Assembly: GCA_035303785.1 (NCBI GenBank)
Contig: DATGRI010000041.1
Coordinates: 650 to 64,649, forward strand
From: Sphingobacteriaceae bacterium
GTDB lineage: Bacteria > Bacillota > Sulfobacillia > Thermaerobacterales > RSA17
Reading direction: 5' to 3'
Length of the DNA: 64,000 nucleotides
The notes under the pieces were generated by a model. The model was given only the letters and a program-made list of their open reading frames with translations. It was not told the origin of the DNA and made no database searches. The position numbers and the translations under genes were made by a program. Position 1 is the stretch's first letter; each line of letters opens with the position of its first letter. Positions 1-9,260 of this stretch are shown in pieces.

Positions 1-352
1 ACTCGCTGGGCCCGATTTCCATCGGTGATTTTCTGTGGATCAGCAAAAATAAACACATAAGCACGGAAAAAATCACCGTTCTTGGGCTGCATTTCGAGGA
101 CAAAGCGCCAAAGCACACCACACATCACGGGCATGTGGAGCCGGGGGCGGACCCGTTGCTGCTCCCCCGCATCAACCCGGCCGCCAAAACATTTCGTCCC
201 TTCCCAGGGGGATGTGATAGGATCATATCGAACCTAACTGCAAAGTTGACGGAATACGTTGCGGATTCCGTCCCGCCAAAGGTTATTCCGGCACCGCCGC
301 AACGCCGCCGACGAAGCCCGAAGGCAAGTTCACACGTCAAAAAAAAGGGGAT

Positions 353-820
353 ATGCCTATGCTGCAAAGGGAACCTGCCTCCCACGCCCACATGCTGATT
401 CGCAGGCCTGTGCATGAGGTCTTTCAAGCCTTCATCGATCCGGCCATCACCAGCCGGTTTTGGTTCAGCCGGGGAGATGAGCCCCTGGCGGAGGGCAAGA
501 CGGTCTCATGGTACTGGGACATGTACGGCGTCTCGGCTGAAGTCCAGGTCAAGACCATCGAGGAGAACAAGCGCATTGTCATCCAGTGGCCCAACACGGT
601 GGAATGGACCTTCTCCCCCAGGGGCGACGACGCTACCTTCGTGAGCATTACGGAATCGGGCTTTGCCGGCACCGACGATGATAAGGTCGCCCTGGCCATC
701 GACTCCATGGGCGGCTTCACCCTGGTGCTGGCGGGCTGCAAGGCTTTTCTGGAGCACGGCATCGAGCTGAATCTGCTGGCGGATCACAATCCCGACCACC
801 ACGTCCAAGGCAATCCTTAA
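353..820 (+). CDS. SRPBCC / AHSA1-like (Activator of Hsp90 ATPase homolog 1-like) START-fold protein
   Basis: 155-aa ORF. Its sequence (RRPVHEVFQAFIDPAITSRFWFSRGD...VSWYWDMYG...IEENKRIVIQWPN) is typical of the SRPBCC/AHSA1 family. An AAGGGGA RBS lies just upstream of two adjacent ATGs (353 and 359). Confidence 0.75.
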   Translation: MPMLQREPASHAHMLIRRPVHEVFQAFIDPAITSRFWFSRGDEPLAEGKTVSWYWDMYGVSAEVQVKTIEENKRIVIQWPNTVEWTFSPRGDDATFVSITESGFAGTDDDKVALAIDSMGGFTLVLAGCKAFLEHGIELNLLADHNPDHHVQGNP

Positions 821-848
821 GCACTAAAGTTATTAGGGAAGTGGCATC

Positions 849-1127
849 TTGCAGGTTTCAGTCCGGCTGTCTCCTGCCATGGGCCGCATCGCCGGCACCC
901 CATATCTCCAGGTGGAACTGCCCGACGGCACCACGGTGACCGGCCTGCTGGATCATCTCCGCCGTTCGTACCCCGACATGGCGCCCCATTTGCAGACTGC
1001 CGTGGCGTTGATCGACGGGCGGGTGGTGGAGCCGTCGGCACCTCTGGCCCACGGCGCCCAGGTGGCCCTCCTCCAGCCCATGGCCGGGGGCATGGCGGCC
1101 GGTGCAGCCCCCCGGCTGCGCCGTTGA
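849..1127 (+). CDS. MoaD/ThiS-family beta-grasp (ubiquitin-like sulfur-carrier-like) protein with an 11-residue tail after the Gly-Gly
   Basis: 92-aa ORF with a TTG start 7 nt after AGGGAAG. The C-terminal pattern ...GAQVALLQPMAGG matches the MoaD/ThiS ending, but the ORF continues MAAGAAPRLRR before the stop. Confidence 0.6.
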   Translation: MQVSVRLSPAMGRIAGTPYLQVELPDGTTVTGLLDHLRRSYPDMAPHLQTAVALIDGRVVEPSAPLAHGAQVALLQPMAGGMAAGAAPRLRR

Positions 1128-1190
1128 AAAGGGAAACAACCGCATATAAGGCATGCATTGCTCAATTACTCATCGAGGAGGTTTGCATCC

Positions 1191-2513
1191 ATGACGGTGG
1201 CGGCTTCTACCGGCAACGAAACCGTATTTGTCAACGAGTTTACCGACGGCATTCTGGATCCCGGCCGGCCCATGCTGGGGCCCGTGCGGGACGGCGGGCA
1301 CATCGTCGCCAACACCGCCCCGGGCTGCTGGGGGCCCATGATTACACCCCGCCTGCGGGGCGGCCACGAAGTCACCCGGCCCGTGGCCGTGGCCGGCGCG
1401 GAAGTGGGCGATGCCGTCGCCATCCGCATCAAGGACATCACCATCACCGCCTTGGCGACGGCTTCGGGCACCGACACGCCCATGGAAGGCCGCTTCATCG
1501 ATGACCCATTTGTGGCTAAGATTTGCCCCCAGTGCGGCGCCCGCTGGCCGGAGTCGTACGTGGAAGGCATCGGCCAGCAAAGCATCCGCTGCAAGAATTG
1601 CGGCGCCGACGCCGCTCCCTTCAACGTGCCCCACGGCTATACCATTGCTTTTGACAGCGGCCGCCGGGTGGGTGTAACCCTGCCCCGGGAGGCCGCCGAG
1701 GCCATCGCCGCGGACCCGGGCCAATGGGCCGCCCTGCCCAACAACTCGGTCCAGCATTCCATCCTGTCCTTCGCCCTCCACAACTTGGTGGGGGTGGCCA
1801 CCCGGCTCCGTCCCTTCCTGGGCCAGCTGGGCACGACGCCCGCGGTGGTCATGCCCGACTCCCACAACGCCGGCGACTTCGGTGCCTTCCTCCTGGGCAA
1901 GAGCCACGAATACAGCCTGACCCCGGAGCAGTTGGCCCACCGCACCGACGGCCACATGGACTGCGATTCCGTCCGGGCGGGGGCCATCTTGATCTGCCCC
2001 GTCAAAGTGCCCGGGGCCGGTATCTACATGGGCGATATGCACGCCCTCCAGGGGGACGGCGAAATCGCCGGCCACACCGCCGACGTGGCGGGTACCGTCA
2101 CCTTGCAGGTGAACGTCATCAAAGGGCTGCCCATCGACGGGCCCATCCTGCTGCCCCATCCCGACGACCTGCCCTACCTGGCCCGGCCGTTGACCAAGGC
2201 AGAATTGGCCCAGGCCCGGGCTGTGGCGCAAAGGTGGGGACTGAAAGACGTGGAGAAGGTGGCGCCCATTTCCGTCATCGGCACCGGCCCCGACATGAAC
2301 TCGGCCATCGACAACGGCCTCAACCGGGCCGCCCAGCTGCTGGACGTGCCGGTGGACGAGATCCGGAACCGGGCCACCATTTCCGGCAGCATCGAAATCG
2401 CCCGGGCTCCCGGGGTCATCCAGGTTACCTTCCTGGCGCCCATGGATAAGCTGGAGCAGGTTGGGCTGATGCCGTACATCGAGGAGCAGTACGGCCACCT
2501 GCTGCCTTACTGA
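1191..2513 (+). CDS. acetamidase/formamidase (FmdA/AmdA) family amidase with a zinc-ribbon-like insert
   Basis: The ATG at 1191 is preceded by GAGGAGG (1174-1180), so the track start at 1158 was trimmed. Family motifs are GAEVGDAVAIRIKDI and IYMGDMHALQGDGEIAGHTADVAGTV. The insert is CPQC-x18-CKNC. Confidence 0.85.
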   Translation: MTVAASTGNETVFVNEFTDGILDPGRPMLGPVRDGGHIVANTAPGCWGPMITPRLRGGHEVTRPVAVAGAEVGDAVAIRIKDITITALATASGTDTPMEGRFIDDPFVAKICPQCGARWPESYVEGIGQQSIRCKNCGADAAPFNVPHGYTIAFDSGRRVGVTLPREAAEAIAADPGQWAALPNNSVQHSILSFALHNLVGVATRLRPFLGQLGTTPAVVMPDSHNAGDFGAFLLGKSHEYSLTPEQLAHRTDGHMDCDSVRAGAILICPVKVPGAGIYMGDMHALQGDGEIAGHTADVAGTVTLQVNVIKGLPIDGPILLPHPDDLPYLARPLTKAELAQARAVAQRWGLKDVEKVAPISVIGTGPDMNSAIDNGLNRAAQLLDVPVDEIRNRATISGSIEIARAPGVIQVTFLAPMDKLEQVGLMPYIEEQYGHLLPY

Positions 2514-2521
2514 ATACTGAA

Positions 2522-5233
2522 TCATTCCCGCAGGCGGCGGGCTTCTTGGGCCAATTGGTCCAGGAGGGCCATGGCCTCCAGCGGGGTCATCTGAAGGATA
2601 TCGGCGGCGGCCAGGCGCTCCAGCAGTTCTTCCACTGCGGAGCGGTACCTGGCCGCTTCTTCTGCCGCCAGGGCGGCGGCGGCTTGATGGTGGGCATTCA
2701 GCTCAAGCCCGGTCTGGGGCCGGGCATCGGCCTCGTCGCCGGCCCGGCGTCCTGCACCGGCGGACGGGGCACTCCCCTCCCCCTCCAGCCGGCGGAGAAT
2801 CTCCCGGGCCCGCTGGATGAGGGGCGCCGGCATGCCGGCCATGCGGGCCACTTCCACGCCGTAGCTGCGGTCGGCGGGTCCAGGCCGCACATGGTACAGG
2901 AAGGTCAGCCCCTCCCCCGTGGGGCGGGCCCCCACGTGGTAGTTGCAGAAGCCGGGCAGCCGGTCCGCCAGTTCCGTCAATTCGAAGTAGTGGGTGGAAG
3001 CCAAGGTGCGGCACCCCACCACGTTGTGCAGGTATTCCAGGTAGGCGGTGGCGATGGCTATGCCGTCGTAGGTGCTGGTGCCCCGGCCCAGTTCGTCCAC
3101 GATGGCCAGGCTCTTGCCGGTGCCGTGGCGGAGGGCCTGGAGGGCCTCCGTCACTTCCACCATGAAGGTGCTGTAGCCCCGGGCCAGGTCGTCGGCGGCC
3201 CCCACCCGGCAGAAGATCCGGTCCACTAGTCCGATGCGGGCCGCCTTGGCCGGCACGAAGCTGCCCATCTGGGCCATGAGCACCAGCAGGGCCGTCTGCC
3301 GCAGGTAGGTGCTCTTGCCGGCCATGTTGGGGCCCGTCAGCAGGATGGTCCGCCGCTCCCGGCCGTCCAAATCGATGTCGTTGGGAACGAAGGCGCCGGG
3401 CAGGGTCTGCTCCAGTACGGGATGGCGCCCCGCCTCGATGTACAAGGTGGTGTCGTCGGTCAGTTCCGGGCGCACGTACCGGTGGCGCACCGCCGCCTCG
3501 GCCAGGGAGGCCAGCACATCCAGCCGGGCCAAGGCAGCAGCCGTCCCCTGAAGGCGGGTGATGTATCCCCCCACCTCCTGGCGCACCCGGCGGAACAAGG
3601 ACTGCTCCACCGCCAGCAGCCGGTCTTCGGCTCCCAGCACCTGCTCCTCCATGGCCTTCAGTTCGGGGGTGACGTAGCGCTCGGCGTTGGCCAAGGTCTG
3701 GCGCCGCTCGTAGTGGTCGGGCACCAGATGGCGGTTGGGATTGGTCACTTCCAAGTAGTAGCCGAAAACCTTGTTGTAGCCCACCTTGAGGGACTTGATG
3801 CCCGTCCGCTCCCGCTCCAGACTTTCCAGACGGGCGATCCAGCCCTTGCCGTCGGCGGCGGCCTGCCGCAGGCGGTCCAGTTCCGCGTCGAAGCCGGGCC
3901 GGATGACGGTCCCTTCCCCGGGGGCCGCCGCCGGCTCGTCCACCAAAGCCGCCTGGAGGAGTTGGGCTGCCTCCTCCACCGGATCCAAGGAGCGGCCCAA
4001 GCCTTCCAGCACGGGGTGATCCAGGAGCAATTCCCGCAGGGCGGGCACCTGCTCCAGGGAGCGGCGCAGGTTGGCCAGGTCCCGGGGTCCCGCCGACCCG
4101 TGGGCAGCCCGGGCAGCCAGGCGCTCCAGGTCGTAGACATCCCGCAGCAGTTCCCGGATTTCGTGGCGCCGCAAGGGGTCGTCCACCAGGGCGCCCACCA
4201 GGTCCAGGCGTTCCTCGATGCGGGCCCGGTCCAGCAGGGGGCGCTGGATCCAGTGGCGGAGCAGCCGGCTCCCCATGGCCGTCTTGGTCGTATCCAGCAC
4301 CGACAGCAAGGTGCCCTGGCGCCGGCCGTCCAAAGCCCCTTCCGTCAATTCCAGGTGGCGCCGGGTGGCCGGGTCCAGGAGCATCTCGCTGCCCAGATTC
4401 TCATAGCGGCAGGCGGTTACATGCTGGAGGGCATCAAACTGGGTTTCCCTTAGGTATTGCAGGAGCAGGGCCCCGGCGGCCATGGCCGCGCCCTGGTCCT
4501 GCAGGGGCGTGATGGCCGGGTCGCCGAAATGATGGGCCAGCTGGGCCGCCGCATCGCCGGGCCCCCAGGAGGCCTCCCGCTCCCGCCAGTGGCAGCCCAG
4601 GTCCTTTTCCAGCAAGGCTGTTGCCTCGGGCCAGGCCTGGGCAACCCTGGGCTCCACCAGGCATTCCGCCGGCTGGAGCCGGGCCAGTTCCGCCGCCATG
4701 GTGGCGGTATCTCCCGCGGGTACTTGGGTAATGGCGAAGGTTCCGGTGGAAACGTCGCTGTAGGCCAAGCCGATGTCCGTCACCCGCCCCCCCTGCTCCA
4801 GGGCCACCAGGGCGGCGACGTAGTTGTTCCGCTCCGCCGCCAGCATCTGGCCGTCCATGACGGTGCCGGGGGTGATGACCTTGACTACCTCCCGGCGGAC
4901 GATTCCCTTGGCCTGGCGGGGATCCTCCACCTGCTCGCAGATGGCCACCCGGTAGCCGTGGCGGAGCAGACGGGCGATGTAGGTCTCGGCGGCCTGGTGG
5001 GGCACGCCGCACATGGGCACCCGCTCGTGCTTGGATTCCCGGGCGGTGAGGGTCAGTTCCAGGACACGGCTGGCTTCCAGGGCGTCTTCATCGAACATCT
5101 CGTAGAAGTCGCCCAGCCGGAAAAAGAGGATGGCGTCGGGATAGCGGGCTTTGATCTCCCGGTACTGGGCCATCATGGGGGTGGTGGCCCGCGCCCCCGG
5201 ACGGCCCGTGCTAGGCTGACGCCCTTGGGTCAT
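2522..5233 (-). CDS. mutS: DNA mismatch repair protein MutS
   Basis: N-terminus is MMAQYREIKARYPDAILFFRLGDFYEMF. The Walker A is GPNMAGKSTYLRQ, followed by STFMVEV and DELGRGTSTYDG. I chose the ATG at 5233, which forms an ATGA overlap with the miaB stop. Confidence 0.95.
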   Translation of the reverse strand: MTQGRQPSTGRPGARATTPMMAQYREIKARYPDAILFFRLGDFYEMFDEDALEASRVLELTLTARESKHERVPMCGVPHQAAETYIARLLRHGYRVAICEQVEDPRQAKGIVRREVVKVITPGTVMDGQMLAAERNNYVAALVALEQGGRVTDIGLAYSDVSTGTFAITQVPAGDTATMAAELARLQPAECLVEPRVAQAWPEATALLEKDLGCHWREREASWGPGDAAAQLAHHFGDPAITPLQDQGAAMAAGALLLQYLRETQFDALQHVTACRYENLGSEMLLDPATRRHLELTEGALDGRRQGTLLSVLDTTKTAMGSRLLRHWIQRPLLDRARIEERLDLVGALVDDPLRRHEIRELLRDVYDLERLAARAAHGSAGPRDLANLRRSLEQVPALRELLLDHPVLEGLGRSLDPVEEAAQLLQAALVDEPAAAPGEGTVIRPGFDAELDRLRQAAADGKGWIARLESLERERTGIKSLKVGYNKVFGYYLEVTNPNRHLVPDHYERRQTLANAERYVTPELKAMEEQVLGAEDRLLAVEQSLFRRVRQEVGGYITRLQGTAAALARLDVLASLAEAAVRHRYVRPELTDDTTLYIEAGRHPVLEQTLPGAFVPNDIDLDGRERRTILLTGPNMAGKSTYLRQTALLVLMAQMGSFVPAKAARIGLVDRIFCRVGAADDLARGYSTFMVEVTEALQALRHGTGKSLAIVDELGRGTSTYDGIAIATAYLEYLHNVVGCRTLASTHYFELTELADRLPGFCNYHVGARPTGEGLTFLYHVRPGPADRSYGVEVARMAGMPAPLIQRAREILRRLEGEGSAPSAGAGRRAGDEADARPQTGLELNAHHQAAAALAAEEAARYRSAVEELLERLAAADILQMTPLEAMALLDQLAQEARRLRE

Positions 5234-6765
5234 GGCAAGGTCGAAACCAGGCGGCTGCCCGGGGCGGGTGCTGCGGGCTCCTCCACCAGACGGCCCACCA
5301 AAGTCCACGTGCGGGCTTCGGTGATGTCCACCTGGGCGAAGGTGCCGGCCAGATGGGCGGGGCCGGGCACCAGCACCACCCGGTTGGTGGAGGTGCGGGC
5401 CGTCAAGACATCGGGATTCTTGGGGCTGGGGCCTTCAATGAGCACTTCCACCCGGCGGCCCTGGTAGGCTTGGTTCTGCTCCAGGCTGATGCGGTTCTGG
5501 ACGGCCATGAGCCGCTCCAGCCGCTCCTGCTTCACGTCTTCGTCGATGCCCCACTGCTCTTCCCATTTGGCGCCCACGGTGCCGGTCCGGGGCGAGAACT
5601 TGAAGGTGAAGGCGTTGTCGAAGCGGACCTGCTCCACCAAGTCCAAGGTTTGCTGGAAATCTTCCTCCGTCTCCCCGGGGAAGCCCACGATGATGTCGGT
5701 GGTGATGCTGATGCCGGGGACGGCTTCCCGCAGCCGGGCCACCCGCTCCAAATATTGTTCACGGGTATAGCGCCGGTTCATCCGGTGGAGCACCCGGTTG
5801 CTGCCCGACTGCATGGGGAAGTGGATATGCTTGCACAGCTTCTTCGTCTCGCCCATCTGCCGGATCAACCGCTCGTCGAAGTCGCCGGGATAAGGCGAGG
5901 TGAAGCGCAGCCAGCGGATGCCCGCCACGGTGTCCAGATCCCGCAGCAGGTCGGCGAAGTCGTATTGACGGTCCACAAAATCCTGGCCGTAGGAACTGAC
6001 GGTCTGGCCCAGGAGGGTCACTTCCACATAGCCCCGGTCCGCCAGGTCCTGCACCTCGGCCAGGATATCCTCGGGCCGGCGGCTCCGCTCCCGGCCCCGG
6101 ACGTAGGGCACGATGCAGAAGGTGCAGAACTTGTCGCAGCCGTACTGGATGGTCACCCAGGCCCGGCGGCCGTCCTCCCGGACGGCGGGCAGGTGCTCCA
6201 CCACTTCCTTGGAGCCCTTCCACACGTCGATGACGGTGGCTTCCTCCCGGCGCACCCGGCCGATGAGCTCCGGCAGGCGGTGAATGTTGTGGGTGCCGAA
6301 GACCAGGTCCACGTGGGGCGCCGTCCGCTTGATGCGGCGCACCGTCACCTCTTCCTGGGCCATGCAGCCGCAAAGGCCCAGGATGACCTCGGGCCGGACG
6401 GCCTTGAGGGACTTCAGCCAGCCGATGGTGCCGTACACTTTCTCCTCGGCCGTCTCCCTGATGGCGCAGGTGTTGAGCAGGATGAGGTCGGCGTCCTCGT
6501 ACCGCTGGGTGGGCACATAGCCCATCAATTGCAGCTGGCCGGCCAGGATTTCCGAGTCATGCTCGTTCATCTGGCAGCCGTAGGTGATGATGTGGCTCCG
6601 GGGCGTTTGTTCAGGGGTGAACCCATGGGCCCACTGGGCGGGGGTGAGCCCGGCGTCGTTGATCCACTGGCCTTCCACGGAACGGAAGCCTAAGCCGTGC
6701 AGCTGCTCCCGCAAAGCTGTCTGGCCGTCAATGAATTGGAACACGGAAAAGGTCCGTTCAGCCAT
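5230..6765 (-). CDS. miaB: tRNA-i6A37 methylthiotransferase MiaB (radical SAM)
   Basis: The UPF0004 N-terminal domain reads ITYGCQMNEHDSE. The radical-SAM motif is YGCDKFCTFCIVP, and a C-terminal TRAM region is present. The RBS is GGGGGTGATGG. Confidence 0.95.
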   Translation of the reverse strand: MAERTFSVFQFIDGQTALREQLHGLGFRSVEGQWINDAGLTPAQWAHGFTPEQTPRSHIITYGCQMNEHDSEILAGQLQLMGYVPTQRYEDADLILLNTCAIRETAEEKVYGTIGWLKSLKAVRPEVILGLCGCMAQEEVTVRRIKRTAPHVDLVFGTHNIHRLPELIGRVRREEATVIDVWKGSKEVVEHLPAVREDGRRAWVTIQYGCDKFCTFCIVPYVRGRERSRRPEDILAEVQDLADRGYVEVTLLGQTVSSYGQDFVDRQYDFADLLRDLDTVAGIRWLRFTSPYPGDFDERLIRQMGETKKLCKHIHFPMQSGSNRVLHRMNRRYTREQYLERVARLREAVPGISITTDIIVGFPGETEEDFQQTLDLVEQVRFDNAFTFKFSPRTGTVGAKWEEQWGIDEDVKQERLERLMAVQNRISLEQNQAYQGRRVEVLIEGPSPKNPDVLTARTSTNRVVLVPGPAHLAGTFAQVDITEARTWTLVGRLVEEPAAPAPGSRLVSTLP

Positions 6766-6805
6766 GAACCATCACCCCCGTCGTGCTGCTTCACCCGGCG
6801 CCCTA

Positions 6806-7240
6806 TTATTCCGGGCGCTCGAACACCTGCACCTTGACCATCTTGTCGCCGTTGCGCAGTTCGTCCACGTGCTCCATGCCGCTGAGCACCTGGCCGAACA
6901 CGGTGTGCACCCCGTCCAAATGGGGCTGGGGAGCATAGCAAATGTAAAACTGGGAGCCGCCCGTGTTGGGGCCCCGGTGGGCCATGGCCACGGCGCCCCG
7001 CACGTGCCTGTTGGGGTTGATCTCGCACTTGATGGTATAGCCGGGGCCGCCGGTGCCGTCGCCCCGGGGGCAGCCGCCCTGGGCGACGAACCCGGGAATC
7101 ACCCGGTGAAAGGTCAGCCCGTCGTAAAAGCCGTCGTTGGCCAGCTTTTCGAAGTTGGCCACCGTGCCGGGGGCGTCATTCTCAAACAGTTGAATCTCTA
7201 CTTGCTTGCCGCCGTCCAGTTCAATTACAGCTACCTTCAT
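6806..7240 (-). CDS. ppiB: cyclophilin-type peptidyl-prolyl cis-trans isomerase
   Basis: Contains [22 protein letters not shown]...[19 protein letters not shown], a classic cyclophilin core. The RBS is GGGGGAGG. Confidence 0.95.
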   Translation of the reverse strand: MKVAVIELDGGKQVEIQLFENDAPGTVANFEKLANDGFYDGLTFHRVIPGFVAQGGCPRGDGTGGPGYTIKCEINPNRHVRGAVAMAHRGPNTGGSQFYICYAPQPHLDGVHTVFGQVLSGMEHVDELRNGDKMVKVQVFERPE

Positions 7241-7255
7241 GGCGCAGCCTCCCCC

Positions 7256-8470
7256 TTAAAGGGATTCGTCGGTTCCGGCGCCCGCCAGGGGCCGGGGCTC
7301 CAGCTTCCGCCCGGGAATCAGCCCGTGGCCCAAGACGGGATATACAAGTCGTCTGAAGGGGTCTACCAACTGATTGTACCGTAGATACAGCCGCGGTGTA
7401 AGACAGACCACCATCAAGGCTTCCCAGTGGGGCATCTCGTTGTAGCGCTCGGGCCACAACTCCTTGCAGTGCTTCTGCACCAGCGGCGCGTAACGGGGGT
7501 TCATGGCCGGGAAAATGTGGTGCTCCGTATGGTGGGAGAAGTTGAAATGGAGCACATCCACCCACCGGGCGGTGCGCACCGTCAGGCTCCCCGCCAGGGG
7601 ATCGTTGATGGGCGTCAGCGGGTTGATCAAATGGTTGGTGGAGATGTAGCTCATGACCAGGAAGTTGGCCACCAGCAGGGGCAGCAGGTAGGCGAAGACC
7701 CAGGCCCGCCAGCCGATGACGAAGCCCAGGCCCAGCCAGAAGGCGGCGGGCATCAGGAACTGGGCTAGAACGACCCACCGCCGGGATCGGGGGAAATCCC
7801 CGATGAAGGTAACCAGCATGCGGAAGGAGTGGATGGAAAACCACACGCTTAAAGACAGGAACATCAGCAACGCCCGCAGCCAGGGGCTCAGCCGGTACAG
7901 CACCTGCAGGGCCGGCCGTTCGTGGAATTCTTCCAATGTGTGCATGGCGTCGGGGTCTTCCTCCGGGTGCTGGGCCATGCCGTGGTGCTCCACGTTGTGC
8001 CAGCGGCGCCACAGCAGGGGGCCCAGGTTGAAGGGCCAGAAGCAAATCTGTCCCAGGAGGTTCCGCAGCCACGGGGTGCGGACTACGGCGCCGTGGAGCA
8101 CTTCGTGGCCCAAAAAGCCCAGGGCGCCGAAGGACATGCCGATGGCCACGGAAACGAGAAGCTGCACCGCCCAATGCATGGGCACCGATGCGGTCAGCCA
8201 GATGCCGCCGACAATCACCGCCAAGTAGGGCACGGCGCCCAGGAGCCGGACGGGCACCGGCTCAAAGCATTCCTTGGGCAAGTACTGCTTCAATATGCGG
8301 GCGTACTCGCCAATGTGGATCAGATCGTCGCCCCCGCCATCCTCCTCCCTTTGGTGATCCAACTGTGCAGTCTCAGCCGCTGCAGCCCTTATGGTTGAAG
8401 CCTGTGCCGCCAACGCATCTGCGCCCGACGATTGCGCCAATATCAGTGCTCCTTTCCTTGGGAAACCCAC
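7256..8470 (-). CDS. membrane fatty-acid desaturase
   Basis: Three histidine boxes are present (HEVLHGA, HNVEHH, HTEHHIFP) together with hydrophobic segments. A GTG at 8470 follows GGAGCGG; the alternative TTG at 8482 has no RBS. Confidence 0.85.
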   Translation of the reverse strand: MGFPRKGALILAQSSGADALAAQASTIRAAAAETAQLDHQREEDGGGDDLIHIGEYARILKQYLPKECFEPVPVRLLGAVPYLAVIVGGIWLTASVPMHWAVQLLVSVAIGMSFGALGFLGHEVLHGAVVRTPWLRNLLGQICFWPFNLGPLLWRRWHNVEHHGMAQHPEEDPDAMHTLEEFHERPALQVLYRLSPWLRALLMFLSLSVWFSIHSFRMLVTFIGDFPRSRRWVVLAQFLMPAAFWLGLGFVIGWRAWVFAYLLPLLVANFLVMSYISTNHLINPLTPINDPLAGSLTVRTARWVDVLHFNFSHHTEHHIFPAMNPRYAPLVQKHCKELWPERYNEMPHWEALMVVCLTPRLYLRYNQLVDPFRRLVYPVLGHGLIPGRKLEPRPLAGAGTDESL

Positions 8471-8521
8471 ATTCCGCTCCAAGGTATCACACTTTTCCGG
8501 ACTGGAATTGACGGAAAAAGA

Positions 8522-8563
8522 TGGACCGGTTCGTTTTTGTCGTTTAGAATGAACTAAACGACA
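8522..8563. promoter_or_regulatory. perfect 10+10 bp inverted repeat TGTCGTTTAG-N6-CTAAACGACA (8538-8563) overlapping a sigma-A-like promoter (TGGACC-17 nt-TAGAAT, plus strand)
   Basis: I read this directly in the 178-bp divergent region between the desaturase and the GbsR/MarR-type regulator. The -10 TAGAAT (8545-8550) lies inside the left arm. Confidence 0.5.
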
Positions 8564-8648
8564 GCCTCGGAGCTTTGAGCCTCCCCTGCCCCGGGCAGGC
8601 GGGGGCTCGGGAAAATTTCTCTATAGGAAGACCATTCACCGGAGACGG

Positions 8649-9248
8649 GTGAAAACCTTGGCCGATGACCGGCAGAAAGAGCGGCAAAACGCCTTTCCCT
8701 CCCCTGCCGTGCAGGAAGATGAGGTGAGAAACGGGCTCATGGCCGCCCTGGGCCGCCAGAGTGCTTTCTGGGGACTGGGCAAATCGCCCGGGGAGATGTT
8801 CGCTGCCCTGTATCTGGCCGAGGGACCCCTGAGCCTGGCCCAGTTGGCCTGCGCCGCCGGCGTCACCAAGGGCGCCGCCAGCGTGGCCGCCCGCCAGTTG
8901 GAAGCCATCGGGCTCATCCACCGGATCCAGCGGCCCGGCGACCGCCGGGTGTTCTTCGCGGCCGAGACCAACTTCTGGGTGGCAGCCCAGCGCCTGCTGG
9001 AGCGCCGCCAAAAGCCGGAGTTTGACGAATCCTTCCGGCAGGTGCGGGCCCTGCTCCGGGCAGTGCGGCAGCAGCCCCCCTCCCGCCACCGTGACCACAT
9101 GCTGGAGCGCCTGGAAAACCTGCAGTCCTTTTATGAGCGGCTGGATGCTGTGGTGGCCATGATCCTGCACCTGGGACCCCAGCGACTGGAGCGGCTCATC
9201 AGCCTGGGCGCCCTCTGGCTGCCCGATCCTGACCATCAGGACCCTTAG
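8649..9248 (+). CDS. GbsR/MarR-type winged-helix transcriptional regulator
   Basis: The region GEMFAALYLAEGPLSLAQLACAAGVTKGAASVAARQLEAIGLIHRIQRPGDRRVFFAAE matches the GbsR-like wHTH pattern. The gene is divergent from the desaturase. The GTG start follows GGAGACGG. Confidence 0.7.
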   Translation: MKTLADDRQKERQNAFPSPAVQEDEVRNGLMAALGRQSAFWGLGKSPGEMFAALYLAEGPLSLAQLACAAGVTKGAASVAARQLEAIGLIHRIQRPGDRRVFFAAETNFWVAAQRLLERRQKPEFDESFRQVRALLRAVRQQPPSRHRDHMLERLENLQSFYERLDAVVAMILHLGPQRLERLISLGALWLPDPDHQDP

Positions 9249-9260
9249 GAGGTATGGCTG

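Noticed and set aside
1-398. Possible partial genes at the 5' edge. A plus-strand frame is open from nt 3 to 398 (…GDFLWISKNKHISTEKITVLGLHFEDK…). A minus-strand N-terminus (MQPKNGDFFRAYVFIFADPQKITDGNRAQR) starts at nt 92.
   Set aside because: The two overlap and are mutually exclusive. Neither has a recognisable domain or a good RBS. The plus frame ends in an implausible Arg/Lys/Cys tail overlapping the next gene. I cannot decide between them from this fragment.
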